A stretch of DNA of 64,000 nt from Blautia sp. (GCA_030841965.1 JAUUSJ010000004.1:3006-67005); one strand, 5' to 3'. Shown: positions 18,831 to 29,673, numbered from the stretch's first letter. Notes: generated by a model from the sequence alone, not told the origin. A program made the numbers and translations.

Positions 18831-20181
18831 TGGAAAGAAAAACAGGAAAAGACAGCTGGCATTCTTTTTTCTCAGTTGGATGATGTTTGTCGGGTTTGCC
18901 TTTGCGGCGGCGCAGTCGGCTGTGACATCGGTCATAAATGAGCTGGAGACAGGAATTATTGATATTTCTCTGAAGGAATATCAGCTTAATGAGAACAAAG
19001 AGGAAGTTATCTGGCAAGACCAGGTAAATATTATGCCAGGTGCTACGATTTCTAAAATTCCTAAAATTACAAATGAGGCGATGGATTGTTGGGTTCGAGC
19101 AAAGGTGAAGATTTCTTCCAGATTACAGAAGGTGGATTCTCTCTCACTAGAGCAGATAGAGGGGATTTCCGATGACTGGATAAAGATAGGAGAATATTTT
19201 TATTATAAGAAAATATTAAAGTCAAAGGAGACGGTTACCTTGTTTCAGTCCATTCAGATTCCGACAAACTGGAAGGAAGAACATGAGCAAAATGAGATAA
19301 AAATGATTGTACAGGTTGACGCTGTGCAGGCGAAGCATTTTACGCCAAATTTTAGTGGGGATGCTCCATGGGGAGGACTTACAATAGAAAAATGTATCCA
19401 TGAAGATGGATATGATATAAATACCTTTCAAAGAGAGAAAGAGAGCAGTTTGACTGTCCACTATGAGAAAGATGCGAAGAAATTAATTGCCAAGCCAGAT
19501 GATTTTTTTGCCCAGTTTGGTGTGCTGATGCCAGGTGATGAACAAGAAGGCAGAGTGGAGATAAAAAATAAGGGAAAAAATCCAGTCAATATTTTCTTTA
19601 AGACGGAGGGATTAGAGGAGGCAAATCTTCTTGAGAAGATTACGCTTACGATTAAGAATCGAGCATCTGATTCCGAGGAAGAGAGAGTCTTGTATGAGGG
19701 AAATTTAAGGTCGAAGGAGCTTGAGGAGTATCTTCTTCTTGGCTGTTATGAGCCGTCCTACGAGGGAGAATTTACGTTCGTACTAAAACTCCCAGAAGAG
19801 TTAAATAATACCTATTCTCTCGAGAAGAGAAAAGTAAAATGGTATTTTATGGCGCAGGAGATAGAAGATACTAGTACATCGACGAAGGAGACTCCTGTGA
19901 CAGTCACTTCTACAAGAGTACCTGACTCGACGAAGCTTCCTTCTTCGTATTCATCTACAACGAAAAAATATTCCACAAATTATCCGTCCTCTTCTTATCC
20001 AGATAATTTGAAAGAATCGAACCCATATAAAAATGCGGGAGGAGACGGAAGCATTTCTCAAAAAACACAGCCAAAAACAGGGGATATATCAAAGATAGAA
20101 TTTTTTGTCATTTTTGCCATTTTATCTTTGATAGGAATGATAATAACAGCGAAAAATTTAAAAAAGACCAAAAAGGAATAG
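18823..20181 (+). CDS. Two-domain TasA/camelysin-like protein with a Ser/Thr/Pro stalk and an LPXTG-like sorting signal (QPKTGD)
   Basis: Signal peptide, then INELETGIIDISLKEY and PGATISKIPKITNEA (TasA-like). A second MPGDEQEGRVEIKNKG domain follows. The C-terminus is QPKTGD (20068-20085) plus a hydrophobic helix and a KNLKKTKKE tail. Confidence 0.75.
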   Translation: MADGKKNRKRQLAFFFLSWMMFVGFAFAAAQSAVTSVINELETGIIDISLKEYQLNENKEEVIWQDQVNIMPGATISKIPKITNEAMDCWVRAKVKISSRLQKVDSLSLEQIEGISDDWIKIGEYFYYKKILKSKETVTLFQSIQIPTNWKEEHEQNEIKMIVQVDAVQAKHFTPNFSGDAPWGGLTIEKCIHEDGYDINTFQREKESSLTVHYEKDAKKLIAKPDDFFAQFGVLMPGDEQEGRVEIKNKGKNPVNIFFKTEGLEEANLLEKITLTIKNRASDSEEERVLYEGNLRSKELEEYLLLGCYEPSYEGEFTFVLKLPEELNNTYSLEKRKVKWYFMAQEIEDTSTSTKETPVTVTSTRVPDSTKLPSSYSSTTKKYSTNYPSSSYPDNLKESNPYKNAGGDGSISQKTQPKTGDISKIEFFVIFAILSLIGMIITAKNLKKTKKE

Positions 20182-20188
20182 AAAAAAG

Positions 20189-20227
20189 GCTATCACTTCA
20201 AATTTATCTGAGGTGATAGCTTTTTTG
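20189..20227 (+). terminator. Intrinsic terminator closing the surface operon
   Basis: 12-bp hairpin GCTATCACTTCA/TGAGGTGATAGC followed by TTTTTT. Confidence 0.75.
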
Positions 20228-20348
20228 GCGTGAAAACGAAGAAATTTTATCTAAAATAGGGTAGTGACAACTATAAAAGAATTATGTTAAAATAAAAAGG
20301 TTTGAAAGTTTGCGAAAACAGTTTTATTTTGGAAGGAGAACAGATAGA

Positions 20349-21824
20349 ATGACTGTTATGGATCAGAGATTGGAAGAAATTTTGGATAGTATCGATTTAG
20401 CGAGTCAAGCTCCAAAAGAGGAGCCGATGCGCCAATATTATTTTATAAAAAAATTAAGAGAATGGACAAAAAAGAGAGAACAAGAAATTGGGCATCCACT
20501 TTATCTTTGTACAAAGACATTTGGTTGCCAGATGAATGCGAAGGATTCCGAGAAATTAGAGGGAATTTTGGAGAAAGCCGGGTTAGTAAAATGCGAGGAT
20601 GAAAATACAGCAGATTTTATTATCTATAATACTTGTACTGTCCGAGAAAACGCAAATTTAAAGGTGTATGGAAGGCTTGGACATTTAAAGAAGATGAAGA
20701 AAAAAAATCCGAATCTAATGATAGCGCTCTGTGGATGTATGATGCAGGAGAGCACAGTCGTTGATAAAATTACGAAAAGCTATTCTTTTGTGGATATTAT
20801 TTTTGGAACGCATAATATTTTTAAGCTCGCAGAACTTGTATGCAATCGGATTGAGGCGGGTGGCATGATTGTCGATATCTGGAAGGATACAGACCAGATT
20901 GTGGAGGATTTGCCAAGTGAGAGAAAATATGGCTTTAAATGTGGAATCAATATTATGTACGGTTGCAATAATTTCTGTAGCTACTGTATTGTTCCCTATG
21001 TTCGAGGCAGAGAAAGAAGCAGAAAGCCGGAAGATATTATAAATGAGATAAAAAAGGTCGTCTCAGAGGGTGTTGTGGAGGTAATGCTTCTTGGACAGAA
21101 CGTTAACTCCTACGGAAAAACCTTAGATGAGCCGATGACTTTCGCTGCCCTTTTGCAGGAGATAGAAAAGATTGATGGGCTAAAGAGAATTCGCTTTATG
21201 ACCCCACATCCAAAGGATTTATCCGACGAGCTGATTGAGGTGATGGCAAATTCAAAGAAAATATGCAGACATCTGCATCTTCCACTTCAGTCGGGAAGCA
21301 CAAAGATTTTAAAGGATATGAACCGCCACTATACAAAGGAACAGTATCTTGCGCTTGTCGAAAAGATTAAGAATCGGATGCCAGATATCGCTCTCACGAC
21401 AGATATTATCGTTGGCTTTCCAGGGGAGACGAGAGAGGACTTTTTAGAGACATTGGATGTTGTGAAAAAGGTTCGCTATGACAGTGCATTTACGTTCCAG
21501 TACTCAAAGAGAACGGGGACAAGAGCTGCGCTGATGGAAAATCAGATTCCAAAGGAGGAGGTACAGCGAAATTTTGATGAATTATTAAGTACTGTGTCTG
21601 AAATTTCAAAAGAGCAGATTAAAAAGCTTGAGGGAACTGTCCAGGAAGTTTTGGTTGAGGAGAAGAATGACCATGACGCTAGATTAGTGACAGGAAGATT
21701 ATCCAATAATACATTGGTACATTTTGAGGGAGACGAATCAGATATCGGAAATTTGATACCGGTATATCTAAAGGAGGAAAAGGGATTTTACTATATTGGA
21801 GAGCGAGTTAATAGAGAGAGATAG
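20349..21824 (+). CDS. miaB: tRNA-i6A37 methylthiotransferase
   Basis: The start at MTVMDQ has GGAAGGAG upstream. It has a UPF0004 N-domain with three Cys, a radical-SAM CNNFCSYCIVP motif and a TRAM C-domain. Confidence 0.9.
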   Translation: MTVMDQRLEEILDSIDLASQAPKEEPMRQYYFIKKLREWTKKREQEIGHPLYLCTKTFGCQMNAKDSEKLEGILEKAGLVKCEDENTADFIIYNTCTVRENANLKVYGRLGHLKKMKKKNPNLMIALCGCMMQESTVVDKITKSYSFVDIIFGTHNIFKLAELVCNRIEAGGMIVDIWKDTDQIVEDLPSERKYGFKCGINIMYGCNNFCSYCIVPYVRGRERSRKPEDIINEIKKVVSEGVVEVMLLGQNVNSYGKTLDEPMTFAALLQEIEKIDGLKRIRFMTPHPKDLSDELIEVMANSKKICRHLHLPLQSGSTKILKDMNRHYTKEQYLALVEKIKNRMPDIALTTDIIVGFPGETREDFLETLDVVKKVRYDSAFTFQYSKRTGTRAALMENQIPKEEVQRNFDELLSTVSEISKEQIKKLEGTVQEVLVEEKNDHDARLVTGRLSNNTLVHFEGDESDIGNLIPVYLKEEKGFYYIGERVNRER

Positions 21825-21838
21825 AAAGGGATAAAACG

Positions 21839-24478
21839 ATGGCAAAATTAACGCCGATGATGCAGCAGTATATGAAGACAAAAGAAGAATATAAGGACTG
21901 TATTTTATTTTACCGTCTTGGAGATTTTTATGAGATGTTTTTTGAGGATGCGAAAACTGCGGCGAGAGAGTTGGAAATTACGTTAACTGGAAAAAACTGT
22001 GGATTGGAAGAGAGGGCACCGATGTGCGGAGTTCCCTTTCACGCCTATGAGAATTATTTGAATCGATTAGTGGAGAAGGGATATAAAGTAGCCATCTGTG
22101 AACAGGTTGAAGACCCAAAAACTGCCAAGGGAATTGTAAAGCGGGAGGTTATTCGAGTTGTCACACCGGGAACGAAGTTATCAGGAAGTACGTTGGAGGA
22201 AGAAAAGCATAATTATATTATGTGTGTCTTCTGCGAGAATCCAAGATTTGGAATTGCGGTCTGCGACGTGACGACGGGAGAATTTTTGACGACAGAACTG
22301 GATTCTTTGTCCATGCTCCTTGATGAGATAAATAAATTTATGCCTGCTGAGATTATATGCAATGAGGCGTTTTTTATCTGTGGGGTAGACTTAAATCAGA
22401 TAAAGGACAAGGTTGGAGCTTTGGTCAATCAGATTGCGAGCTATCATTTTCAGGAAGAGGAATGTGAGGATATTTTAAAAAGACAGTATAAACTTCACAA
22501 TATAGAGGGACTTGGAATTAGCGAATATCCGCTCGGAATATTGGCATGTGGAGGACTGCTTTCTTATCTTCATGAGACACAAAAAAATGAGCTTCAACAT
22601 TTATCACTTGTAAAGCCTTACTCTATGAGTGAGTATATGAGGATTGACACCGCCACGAGGAGAAACTTGGAGCTTTGTGAGACAATGAGAGAGAAGAAGA
22701 AAAAGGGCTCTCTCTTATGGGTATTAGATAAGACGAAGACAGCGATGGGAGCGAGACTGCTTCGAACTTATGTGGAGCAGCCTCTCCTTAAAAAAGAAGA
22801 GATTGAAAAGAGACTCTCGGCAGTCGAGACTTTCTATGATGATATTATGCTAAGAGAAGAGATGAGAGAGTATCTAAACTCCATCTATGATTTGGAGAGA
22901 TTGACGACAAAGATTAGTTATGGGACGGCAAATCCGAGGGATTTGATTGCGTTTAAAAATTCGCTGGAACTTTTGCCGACGATAAGACAGTTGCTCTCTG
23001 CTGCCGAGGATTCGCTTCTTAGTGAGTGCTTTGAGGAGCTCGATGAGCTTAGAGATTTGTATGAATTGCTCGACGAGACAATTGTGGAAGACCCTCCGAT
23101 TCAGATTACAGAGGGTGGAATCATAAAGAGTGGATATTCAGAAGAACTCGATATGTTAAAAGCGGCGAAGACGGAGGGAAAAACTTGGCTTGCTGATTTA
23201 GAGGGAAAAGAGAGAGAAAAGACGGGAATTAAGAATTTAAAAATTAAATATAATAAAGTATTTCACTATTATTTTGAGGTGACAAATTCCTATAAAAATC
23301 TTGTCCCAGATTATTTTATCCGAAAACAGACATTGACGAATGCGGAGCGCTATACGACCGAAGAGCTTGAAAAGATTGCCGAGACGATTCTAAACTCGGA
23401 GGATAAGCTATATGGATTAGAGTACGATATTTTTGTAAAGTTGAGAAATGATATCGCTGGTGAGATGGAGCGTATTAAGCGAACTGCGCATGCGGTGGCG
23501 AAAATTGACGTATTTTGTTCTCTCGCCGCGGTCGCATCCAATAATAACTATGTTCGCCCAAAGATGAATACGACGGGTGTCATCTCAATCAAGGATGGAC
23601 GACATCCAGTCGTAGAGAAAATGCTATCAAACGATTCTTTTATCGCCAATGACGTGTATTTGGACCAGAAAAAGCATAAGATTTCTATTATCACAGGTCC
23701 GAATATGGCGGGAAAATCTACTTATATGAGACAGACGGCGCTTATTGTACATATGGCGCAGATGGGCTCATTTGTCCCAGCGTCCGAGGCAAATATCGGC
23801 ATTGTGGACCGAATCTTTACGAGAGTCGGAGCTTCGGATGATTTAAGTTCCGGACAGAGTACGTTTATGGTAGAGATGAATGAGGTGGCAAATATTTTGC
23901 GAAATGCCACAAAGAATAGTCTCTTGATTTTAGATGAGATTGGTCGAGGGACAAGTACCTTTGACGGACTTAGTATTGCGTGGGCTGTTGTGGAGTATAT
24001 TAGTGATAAAAAATTGCTCGGAGCGAAGACCCTTTTTGCGACACATTACCATGAGTTGATGGAGTTAGAGGGAAAAATTCCAGATGTCAATAATTATTGT
24101 ATCTCTGTCAAAGAGCAGGGAGATGATATTGTTTTCCTTAGGAAAATTATTCCGGGAGGGGCAGATAAAAGCTACGGAATCCAGGTTGCGAGATTAGCGG
24201 GGGTTCCCCAGCAGGTGATAGACCGCGCAAAAGAAATTGCAAAGACCTTAAATGAGGAAGATATTGTCGCTAAAGTCCGAAAGCTTCCTGCGGCAGAAAA
24301 TAAGAAAAAGCAAAAGAAAGAAGAAGAGCCAAAGCAGTTGAATTTCTTTGATGAGCTAAAGAAGAATAAAGAGGAATCCGACGTGCTTAAGGAGATGAGA
24401 GAAATTGATTTATCCAATACGACACCGATGCAGGCGATGCAATTTCTCTATACATGGCAGGAAAAATTAAAAAAGTAG
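21839..24478 (+). CDS. mutS: DNA mismatch repair protein MutS
   Basis: N-terminal TPMMQQY...FYRLGDFYEMF mismatch-binding motif and Walker A GPNMAGKSTYMRQ. 879 aa. Confidence 0.97.
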   Translation: MAKLTPMMQQYMKTKEEYKDCILFYRLGDFYEMFFEDAKTAARELEITLTGKNCGLEERAPMCGVPFHAYENYLNRLVEKGYKVAICEQVEDPKTAKGIVKREVIRVVTPGTKLSGSTLEEEKHNYIMCVFCENPRFGIAVCDVTTGEFLTTELDSLSMLLDEINKFMPAEIICNEAFFICGVDLNQIKDKVGALVNQIASYHFQEEECEDILKRQYKLHNIEGLGISEYPLGILACGGLLSYLHETQKNELQHLSLVKPYSMSEYMRIDTATRRNLELCETMREKKKKGSLLWVLDKTKTAMGARLLRTYVEQPLLKKEEIEKRLSAVETFYDDIMLREEMREYLNSIYDLERLTTKISYGTANPRDLIAFKNSLELLPTIRQLLSAAEDSLLSECFEELDELRDLYELLDETIVEDPPIQITEGGIIKSGYSEELDMLKAAKTEGKTWLADLEGKEREKTGIKNLKIKYNKVFHYYFEVTNSYKNLVPDYFIRKQTLTNAERYTTEELEKIAETILNSEDKLYGLEYDIFVKLRNDIAGEMERIKRTAHAVAKIDVFCSLAAVASNNNYVRPKMNTTGVISIKDGRHPVVEKMLSNDSFIANDVYLDQKKHKISIITGPNMAGKSTYMRQTALIVHMAQMGSFVPASEANIGIVDRIFTRVGASDDLSSGQSTFMVEMNEVANILRNATKNSLLILDEIGRGTSTFDGLSIAWAVVEYISDKKLLGAKTLFATHYHELMELEGKIPDVNNYCISVKEQGDDIVFLRKIIPGGADKSYGIQVARLAGVPQQVIDRAKEIAKTLNEEDIVAKVRKLPAAENKKKQKKEEEPKQLNFFDELKKNKEESDVLKEMREIDLSNTTPMQAMQFLYTWQEKLKK

Positions 24479-24496
24479 AGAAGGAAGGAGAGGCAA

Positions 24497-26560
24497 ATGG
24501 CGGAAATTAAATTATTGGACCAAAATACAATTAATCAGATTGCGGCGGGCGAGGTTATTGAGAGACCATCTTCTGTAGTGAAAGAATTGGTGGAAAATGC
24601 GATGGATGCCAAGGCGACGATGATTACTGTCGAGATAAAAGAGGGTGGAATTGACTTTATCCGAATTACAGATAATGGGTTTGGAATCGAAAAAGAACAG
24701 GTAGAGACTGCCTTTTTGCCTCATGCCACGAGCAAAATCCGAAGAATCGAAGACTTACTCGATGTGGCTTCTCTCGGATTTCGAGGGGAGGCACTTGCGA
24801 GTATCGCGAGCGTCGCAAAGGTAGAGCTTATTACAAAGACAGACCAGAGCATGACAGGAGTTCGATATCAGATTGAGGGCGGCAAGGAAGTAGGAAGAGA
24901 AGAGATTGGATGCCCTGTCGGGACAACTTTTGTGGTGAGACATTTATTTTATAATACTCCTGCGAGAAGGAAATTTCTAAAATCTAAAAACAGCGAGGCA
25001 GGCTATATCGAGCAGCTTTTATACCATCTCGCTCTCAGTCATCCGAATATATCTTTTAAATTTATTGTCAATAATAAAAATAAGCTTAATACGAATGGAA
25101 ATGGTAGCCTAAAGGATGTGATTTATCAGATTTATGGAAGAGAGACAGCCTCGAATCTTATCGCAATGAAGGCGGAAAATTCCTTTATGAAAATAGAGGG
25201 ATTTATCGGAAAGCCAGTGCTCTCGAGGGGAAACCGCCAGTCGGAGACTTATTTTATCAATAAGAGATATATTAAGAGTAAACTCATAAATAGAGCGATT
25301 GAGGAGGCGTATAAATCATTTACGATGGTACATAAGTACCCGTTTACGGTTCTTCATATTGAGATAAAGCCAGAGCTTTTGGATGTCAATGTCCATCCAG
25401 CGAAGATGGAAGTGCGAATGAAAAGAGAGGAGGAGGTTTACTCTTTTCTCTATACGACACTTCGGGAGGCATTGAATCGAAGGGAGATGATTCCAGATAT
25501 TTCTCTTGGAGAAGGCAAAAAGGAGAAAGTAAAACCTAAGGAGAGAATCGAGCCGTTTGAGGTAAAGCGAGGAGGCTATCTCTCTCCCTACACGAAGCCG
25601 AAAATATTAAGAGAGAGCGATGATTTCTTTGAAAAGCCAAGGAGTATGACAAAGGCTGAGCAGAGAGAGAAGATAAGACAGGAACTTAAAACTTTAGAGG
25701 AAGTATTAAAACCAAGAGAGGATGGAGAAGAAAAAGAACAGGTTTCTAGCGCAGAGAGCAAGATACAAAGTGACTATACTGGAAATGATGAGATAAATGG
25801 TGTCAGCATAGAAAAATCCGATGAGAAAAAAGTTTTAGAGAGTGAGAAGTTATTAGGGAATGAAAGGTTAGAGGAAGGGCGAGAAGAAGATAGAGAATAC
25901 TTAGGGAAAGAGGAGAAAAGTGATTCAAGAAAACAAGAACAGCTTAGTCTTTTTACGGAGGAGGAAAAAAAGCAACAAAAGAAGAAATATAAAATTATTG
26001 GCTCTCTCTTTGATACTTATTGGCTATTAGAGGGAGAAGATAAATTATTTATGCTCGACCAACATGCGGCTCATGAGAAGGTGATGTTTGAGAAATTGAT
26101 GGAGCAAAAAAAGCAGCAGAAGATATATGAGCAGCAGTTAAATCCTCCGATTGTCGTCTCGCTCACGCTGAATGAACAGGAAATGATACAAAAATATGAG
26201 AGACAGTTTAAGGAACTTGGATTTACGATAGAGGAATTTGGAAGTAATGAGTATTGTATCCGAACAGTTCCCGCCAATTTATATGGTCTGGGGGAGAGAG
26301 AGGTCTTGGTAGAGATGATAGACCAGCTTTGTGAGGATGGAATTTTATTGGAGCCAGATAAGATTTTTTATAAAATTGCGACGATGGCGTGCAAGGCGGC
26401 GGTAAAGGGAAATCAAAAATTATCTCTGCAAGAAGCCCAGGCTTTAGTGGAGCAGTTGATGAGTCTGGAAAATCCGTATACTTGTCCGCATGGACGTCCC
26501 GTATTTATCTCAATGTCCAAGACGGAGATTGAAAAAATGTTTAAGAGGATTCAGTCCTAG
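24497..26560 (+). CDS. mutL: DNA mismatch repair protein MutL
   Basis: GHKL ATPase motifs IAAGEVIERPSSVVKELVENAMDA and DNGFGI, plus the C-terminal endonuclease region CPHGRP. Confidence 0.97.
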   Translation: MAEIKLLDQNTINQIAAGEVIERPSSVVKELVENAMDAKATMITVEIKEGGIDFIRITDNGFGIEKEQVETAFLPHATSKIRRIEDLLDVASLGFRGEALASIASVAKVELITKTDQSMTGVRYQIEGGKEVGREEIGCPVGTTFVVRHLFYNTPARRKFLKSKNSEAGYIEQLLYHLALSHPNISFKFIVNNKNKLNTNGNGSLKDVIYQIYGRETASNLIAMKAENSFMKIEGFIGKPVLSRGNRQSETYFINKRYIKSKLINRAIEEAYKSFTMVHKYPFTVLHIEIKPELLDVNVHPAKMEVRMKREEEVYSFLYTTLREALNRREMIPDISLGEGKKEKVKPKERIEPFEVKRGGYLSPYTKPKILRESDDFFEKPRSMTKAEQREKIRQELKTLEEVLKPREDGEEKEQVSSAESKIQSDYTGNDEINGVSIEKSDEKKVLESEKLLGNERLEEGREEDREYLGKEEKSDSRKQEQLSLFTEEEKKQQKKKYKIIGSLFDTYWLLEGEDKLFMLDQHAAHEKVMFEKLMEQKKQQKIYEQQLNPPIVVSLTLNEQEMIQKYERQFKELGFTIEEFGSNEYCIRTVPANLYGLGEREVLVEMIDQLCEDGILLEPDKIFYKIATMACKAAVKGNQKLSLQEAQALVEQLMSLENPYTCPHGRPVFISMSKTEIEKMFKRIQS

Positions 26561-26576
26561 TAAGGAGATGGGGTTT

Positions 26577-27533
26577 ATGGAGAAAAAATCACTGATTGTT
26601 TTAACTGGCCCTACGGCGGTCGGAAAGACAGAATTATCGATAGAATTGGCGAAAAAGATAAATGGAGAAATTATTAGTGCGGATTCTATGCAGATTTATA
26701 AATATATGGATATTGGAACTGCAAAGATAAAAAAAGAAGAGATGAGGGGTGTGAGACATTATTTGGTGGATGAGCTAGAGCCGACAGATGAGTTTCATAT
26801 CGTTAAATTTCAGGAGATGGCAAAGGCGGCGATGGAGGAAATCTGGAGCAGAGGAAAGATTCCAATTCTAGTCGGAGGAACGGGATTTTATATTCAATCG
26901 ATTGTCTATGATATTGATTTTTCGACTGAGGGGGAAAAAGACGGGTATCGCCAGCAGCTAGAGCAATTGGCAAAAGAAAAAGGTGCTATCTGGCTTCACA
27001 CAGAACTGGAAAAGGTAGACCCCGTCTCAGCTGAAAAAATTCATCCAAATAATATAAAAAAGGTGATTCGAGCTTTGGAATATTATAAGGAAAACCAAGC
27101 TCCAATCTCAGCTCATAATAAGGAGCAGATGCAAAAGGAATCTCCATATCATTTTGCGTATTTTGTTTTAAATCGAGATAGGAAGGTCTTGTATGAGAGA
27201 ATTGATAAGAGGGTAGACCTTATGATACAGGAGGGATTAGTGGAGGAAGTCAGAGGCTTAAAAGAGAGAGGATATACGAAAGAGCTTGTGTCCATGCAGG
27301 GACTTGGATATAAGGAGATTTTAGATTATCTGGACGGAGAATATAGCTTAGAAGACGCCATTTACCGCCTAAAGAGGGATACGAGACATTTCGCAAAGAG
27401 GCAGCTTACCTGGTTCCGAAGAGAGAGGGAGACGATTTTTGTCGAGAAGGAAAAGTTTGCATCTGACGAGGAGATTCTATCTTTTATGATGAAAAAATTA
27501 AGAGAGAAAGAGATAATACCTATAAATAAATAG
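26577..27533 (+). CDS. miaA: tRNA dimethylallyltransferase
   Basis: The start at MEKKSLIVLTGPTAVGKT (P-loop) has AAGGAG 9 nt upstream. The longer track ORF overlaps the mutL end. Confidence 0.93.
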   Translation: MEKKSLIVLTGPTAVGKTELSIELAKKINGEIISADSMQIYKYMDIGTAKIKKEEMRGVRHYLVDELEPTDEFHIVKFQEMAKAAMEEIWSRGKIPILVGGTGFYIQSIVYDIDFSTEGEKDGYRQQLEQLAKEKGAIWLHTELEKVDPVSAEKIHPNNIKKVIRALEYYKENQAPISAHNKEQMQKESPYHFAYFVLNRDRKVLYERIDKRVDLMIQEGLVEEVRGLKERGYTKELVSMQGLGYKEILDYLDGEYSLEDAIYRLKRDTRHFAKRQLTWFRRERETIFVEKEKFASDEEILSFMMKKLREKEIIPINK

Positions 27534-27553
27534 AAAGAACGAGGAAAAAGAAA

Positions 27554-28858
27554 ATGTATGATATAGAAGAACAGTATGAGGCGATGGGAATCTCGAGAGA
27601 GGTATATCAGTTTTGTACAAAAATTGAGAGTGAATTAAGACAAAGATTTCATGTAATCGATGAGATTGCAGAGTATAATCAGTTAAAAGTGATTGGTGCG
27701 ATGCAAAAAAATCGCCTTGCGGAGGAGCATTTTGCGGGGACAACGGGATATGGATATAATGATAGCGGAAGAGAAGTGTTGGAAAAAATTTATGCCGATG
27801 TTTTTCACACCGAGGACGCCCTTGTAAGACCACAGATTACTTGTGGAACTCACGCCCTTGCGTTGGCGCTTTTTTCCAATTTAAGACCAGGAGATATTTT
27901 GCTCTCCCCAGTCGGAAAACCGTATGATACTTTGGAGGAGGTAATCGGAATTCGTGACTCTAAAGGCTCTTTAAAGGAGTATGGAATTGGCTATAGGCAG
28001 ATAGATTTAATCGACGACAGAGAATTTGACTATGAAAATATTGAAAAAGCATTGCAAGATACGAATATTAAGCTTGTCACAATTCAAAGGTCAAAGGGAT
28101 ATGCCACAAGACCTACGTTTTCTGTAGAGCAGATAGGAGAATTGATTCAGTTTATAAAAAAGAGAAGACCAGAAGTTATCTGTATGGTAGATAATTGCTA
28201 TGGAGAGTTTACTGGCAAGCTAGAGCCGACGGATTTGGGGGCAGATATGATTGTCGGTTCTCTTATTAAAAATCCAGGTGGCGGTCTTGCACCGATAGGT
28301 GGATATATTTGTGGAAAGAAAGAATGTGTGGAGAATGCGGCGTACCGTCTCACTTCACCGGGGCTTGGCAAGGAGGTTGGAGCTACGCTTGGAGTGACAA
28401 AGCAGTTTATTCAGGGACTTTTCTTTGCTCCTACTGTGACAGCAAGTGCCCTAAAGGGCGCAATTTTTGCGGCGAATATTTATGAGAAATTAGGTTTTCG
28501 TGTTATTCCAAACGCGGTGGAGGAGAGATATGATATTATTCAGGCAGTAGAATTTGGAAAACCAGAGTATGTCATTGCTTTTTGTGAGGGAATTCAAAAG
28601 GCGGCGCCGGTAGATAGCTATGTTGTGCCTGTTCCATGGGATATGCCAGGCTACGATAGTGAGGTCATTATGGCGGCGGGGGCATTTATGTCAGGCTCCT
28701 CGATTGAGCTCAGTGCGGACGCACCGATTCGACCACCGTATGCAGTATATTTTCAGGGAGGTCTCACCTATCCACATGCCAAGTATGGAATTATGATGTC
28801 TCTTCAGAGAATTTGTGAGAAGACTGGTCTAAAACTTCCACAAGATGAGGAAAGATAA
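27554..28858 (+). CDS. Methionine gamma-lyase-like PLP enzyme (aluminium-resistance / YnbB family)
   Basis: 434 aa. SLIKNPGGGLAP contains the putative PLP lysine. This family commonly follows miaA in Firmicutes (from memory). Confidence 0.75.
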   Translation: MYDIEEQYEAMGISREVYQFCTKIESELRQRFHVIDEIAEYNQLKVIGAMQKNRLAEEHFAGTTGYGYNDSGREVLEKIYADVFHTEDALVRPQITCGTHALALALFSNLRPGDILLSPVGKPYDTLEEVIGIRDSKGSLKEYGIGYRQIDLIDDREFDYENIEKALQDTNIKLVTIQRSKGYATRPTFSVEQIGELIQFIKKRRPEVICMVDNCYGEFTGKLEPTDLGADMIVGSLIKNPGGGLAPIGGYICGKKECVENAAYRLTSPGLGKEVGATLGVTKQFIQGLFFAPTVTASALKGAIFAANIYEKLGFRVIPNAVEERYDIIQAVEFGKPEYVIAFCEGIQKAAPVDSYVVPVPWDMPGYDSEVIMAAGAFMSGSSIELSADAPIRPPYAVYFQGGLTYPHAKYGIMMSLQRICEKTGLKLPQDEER

Positions 28859-28957
28859 TATTTTTTGTGAAATCTTGTGTACAAAAAAAATGAAATATGA
28901 TAACATAAATATGGTTTCTTTTAAAATGATAGGAATGGGAGAATAGATTGGAGGTCT

Positions 28958-29659
28958 ATGGAAGAAAAAATTTACCGAAGAATGAAAGATTTGCCAAAGA
29001 ATGAGAGACCGTATGAGAAATGTCAGATTCATGGGGTGGATTCTCTCACTGACGCGGAATTATTGGCTGTGATTATTCGCACAGGCACGAGAAATTGTCA
29101 GTCAGTGGAGCTGGCAAGGCAAGTACTTTCTATTTCTGGACAGTATGAGGGAATTCTCTCGATTCATCATGTGACAATGGAGAATTTACTAGAATTAAAA
29201 GGAATTGGGCAGGTTAAGGCGACACAGATTTTATGTGTGGCGGAGCTTGCAAAAAGACTCGCAAAGGCCAGCGTGGATACGAGGCAGCAGTTTCACTCTC
29301 CAAAGGAGGTGGCGAATGCCTATATGGAATCTATGAGACATTTGGAGAAAGAAGAAGTAAGACTTCTATTGTTTGATGGAAAGCACCGTCTTATAAAGGA
29401 ATCGACTATCTCTGTGGGAACAGTGAATGCGTCGATTTGCAACTCAAGAGAGATTTTTATTGAGGCGTTGAATGCGAAGGCTGTCCATATGATTTTATTA
29501 CATAATCATCCGTCGGGAGACCCGACTCCGAGCGGAGAAGATTTGAGGATAACAAAAAAGCTTCAAGAGGGAGCCGATATGATAGGGATTTCACTCTCAG
29601 ACCATATTATTATAGGGGAACATTGCTATACTAGTTTTAAGGAAAAAGGATTAATATAA
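28958..29659 (+). CDS. radC: RadC-like JAB/MPN domain protein
   Basis: HhH region LKGIGQVKA and JAMM motif ILLHNHPSGDPTPSGED. Confidence 0.9.
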   Translation: MEEKIYRRMKDLPKNERPYEKCQIHGVDSLTDAELLAVIIRTGTRNCQSVELARQVLSISGQYEGILSIHHVTMENLLELKGIGQVKATQILCVAELAKRLAKASVDTRQQFHSPKEVANAYMESMRHLEKEEVRLLLFDGKHRLIKESTISVGTVNASICNSREIFIEALNAKAVHMILLHNHPSGDPTPSGEDLRITKKLQEGADMIGISLSDHIIIGEHCYTSFKEKGLI

Positions 29660-29673
29660 GGAAGGGAAATATT

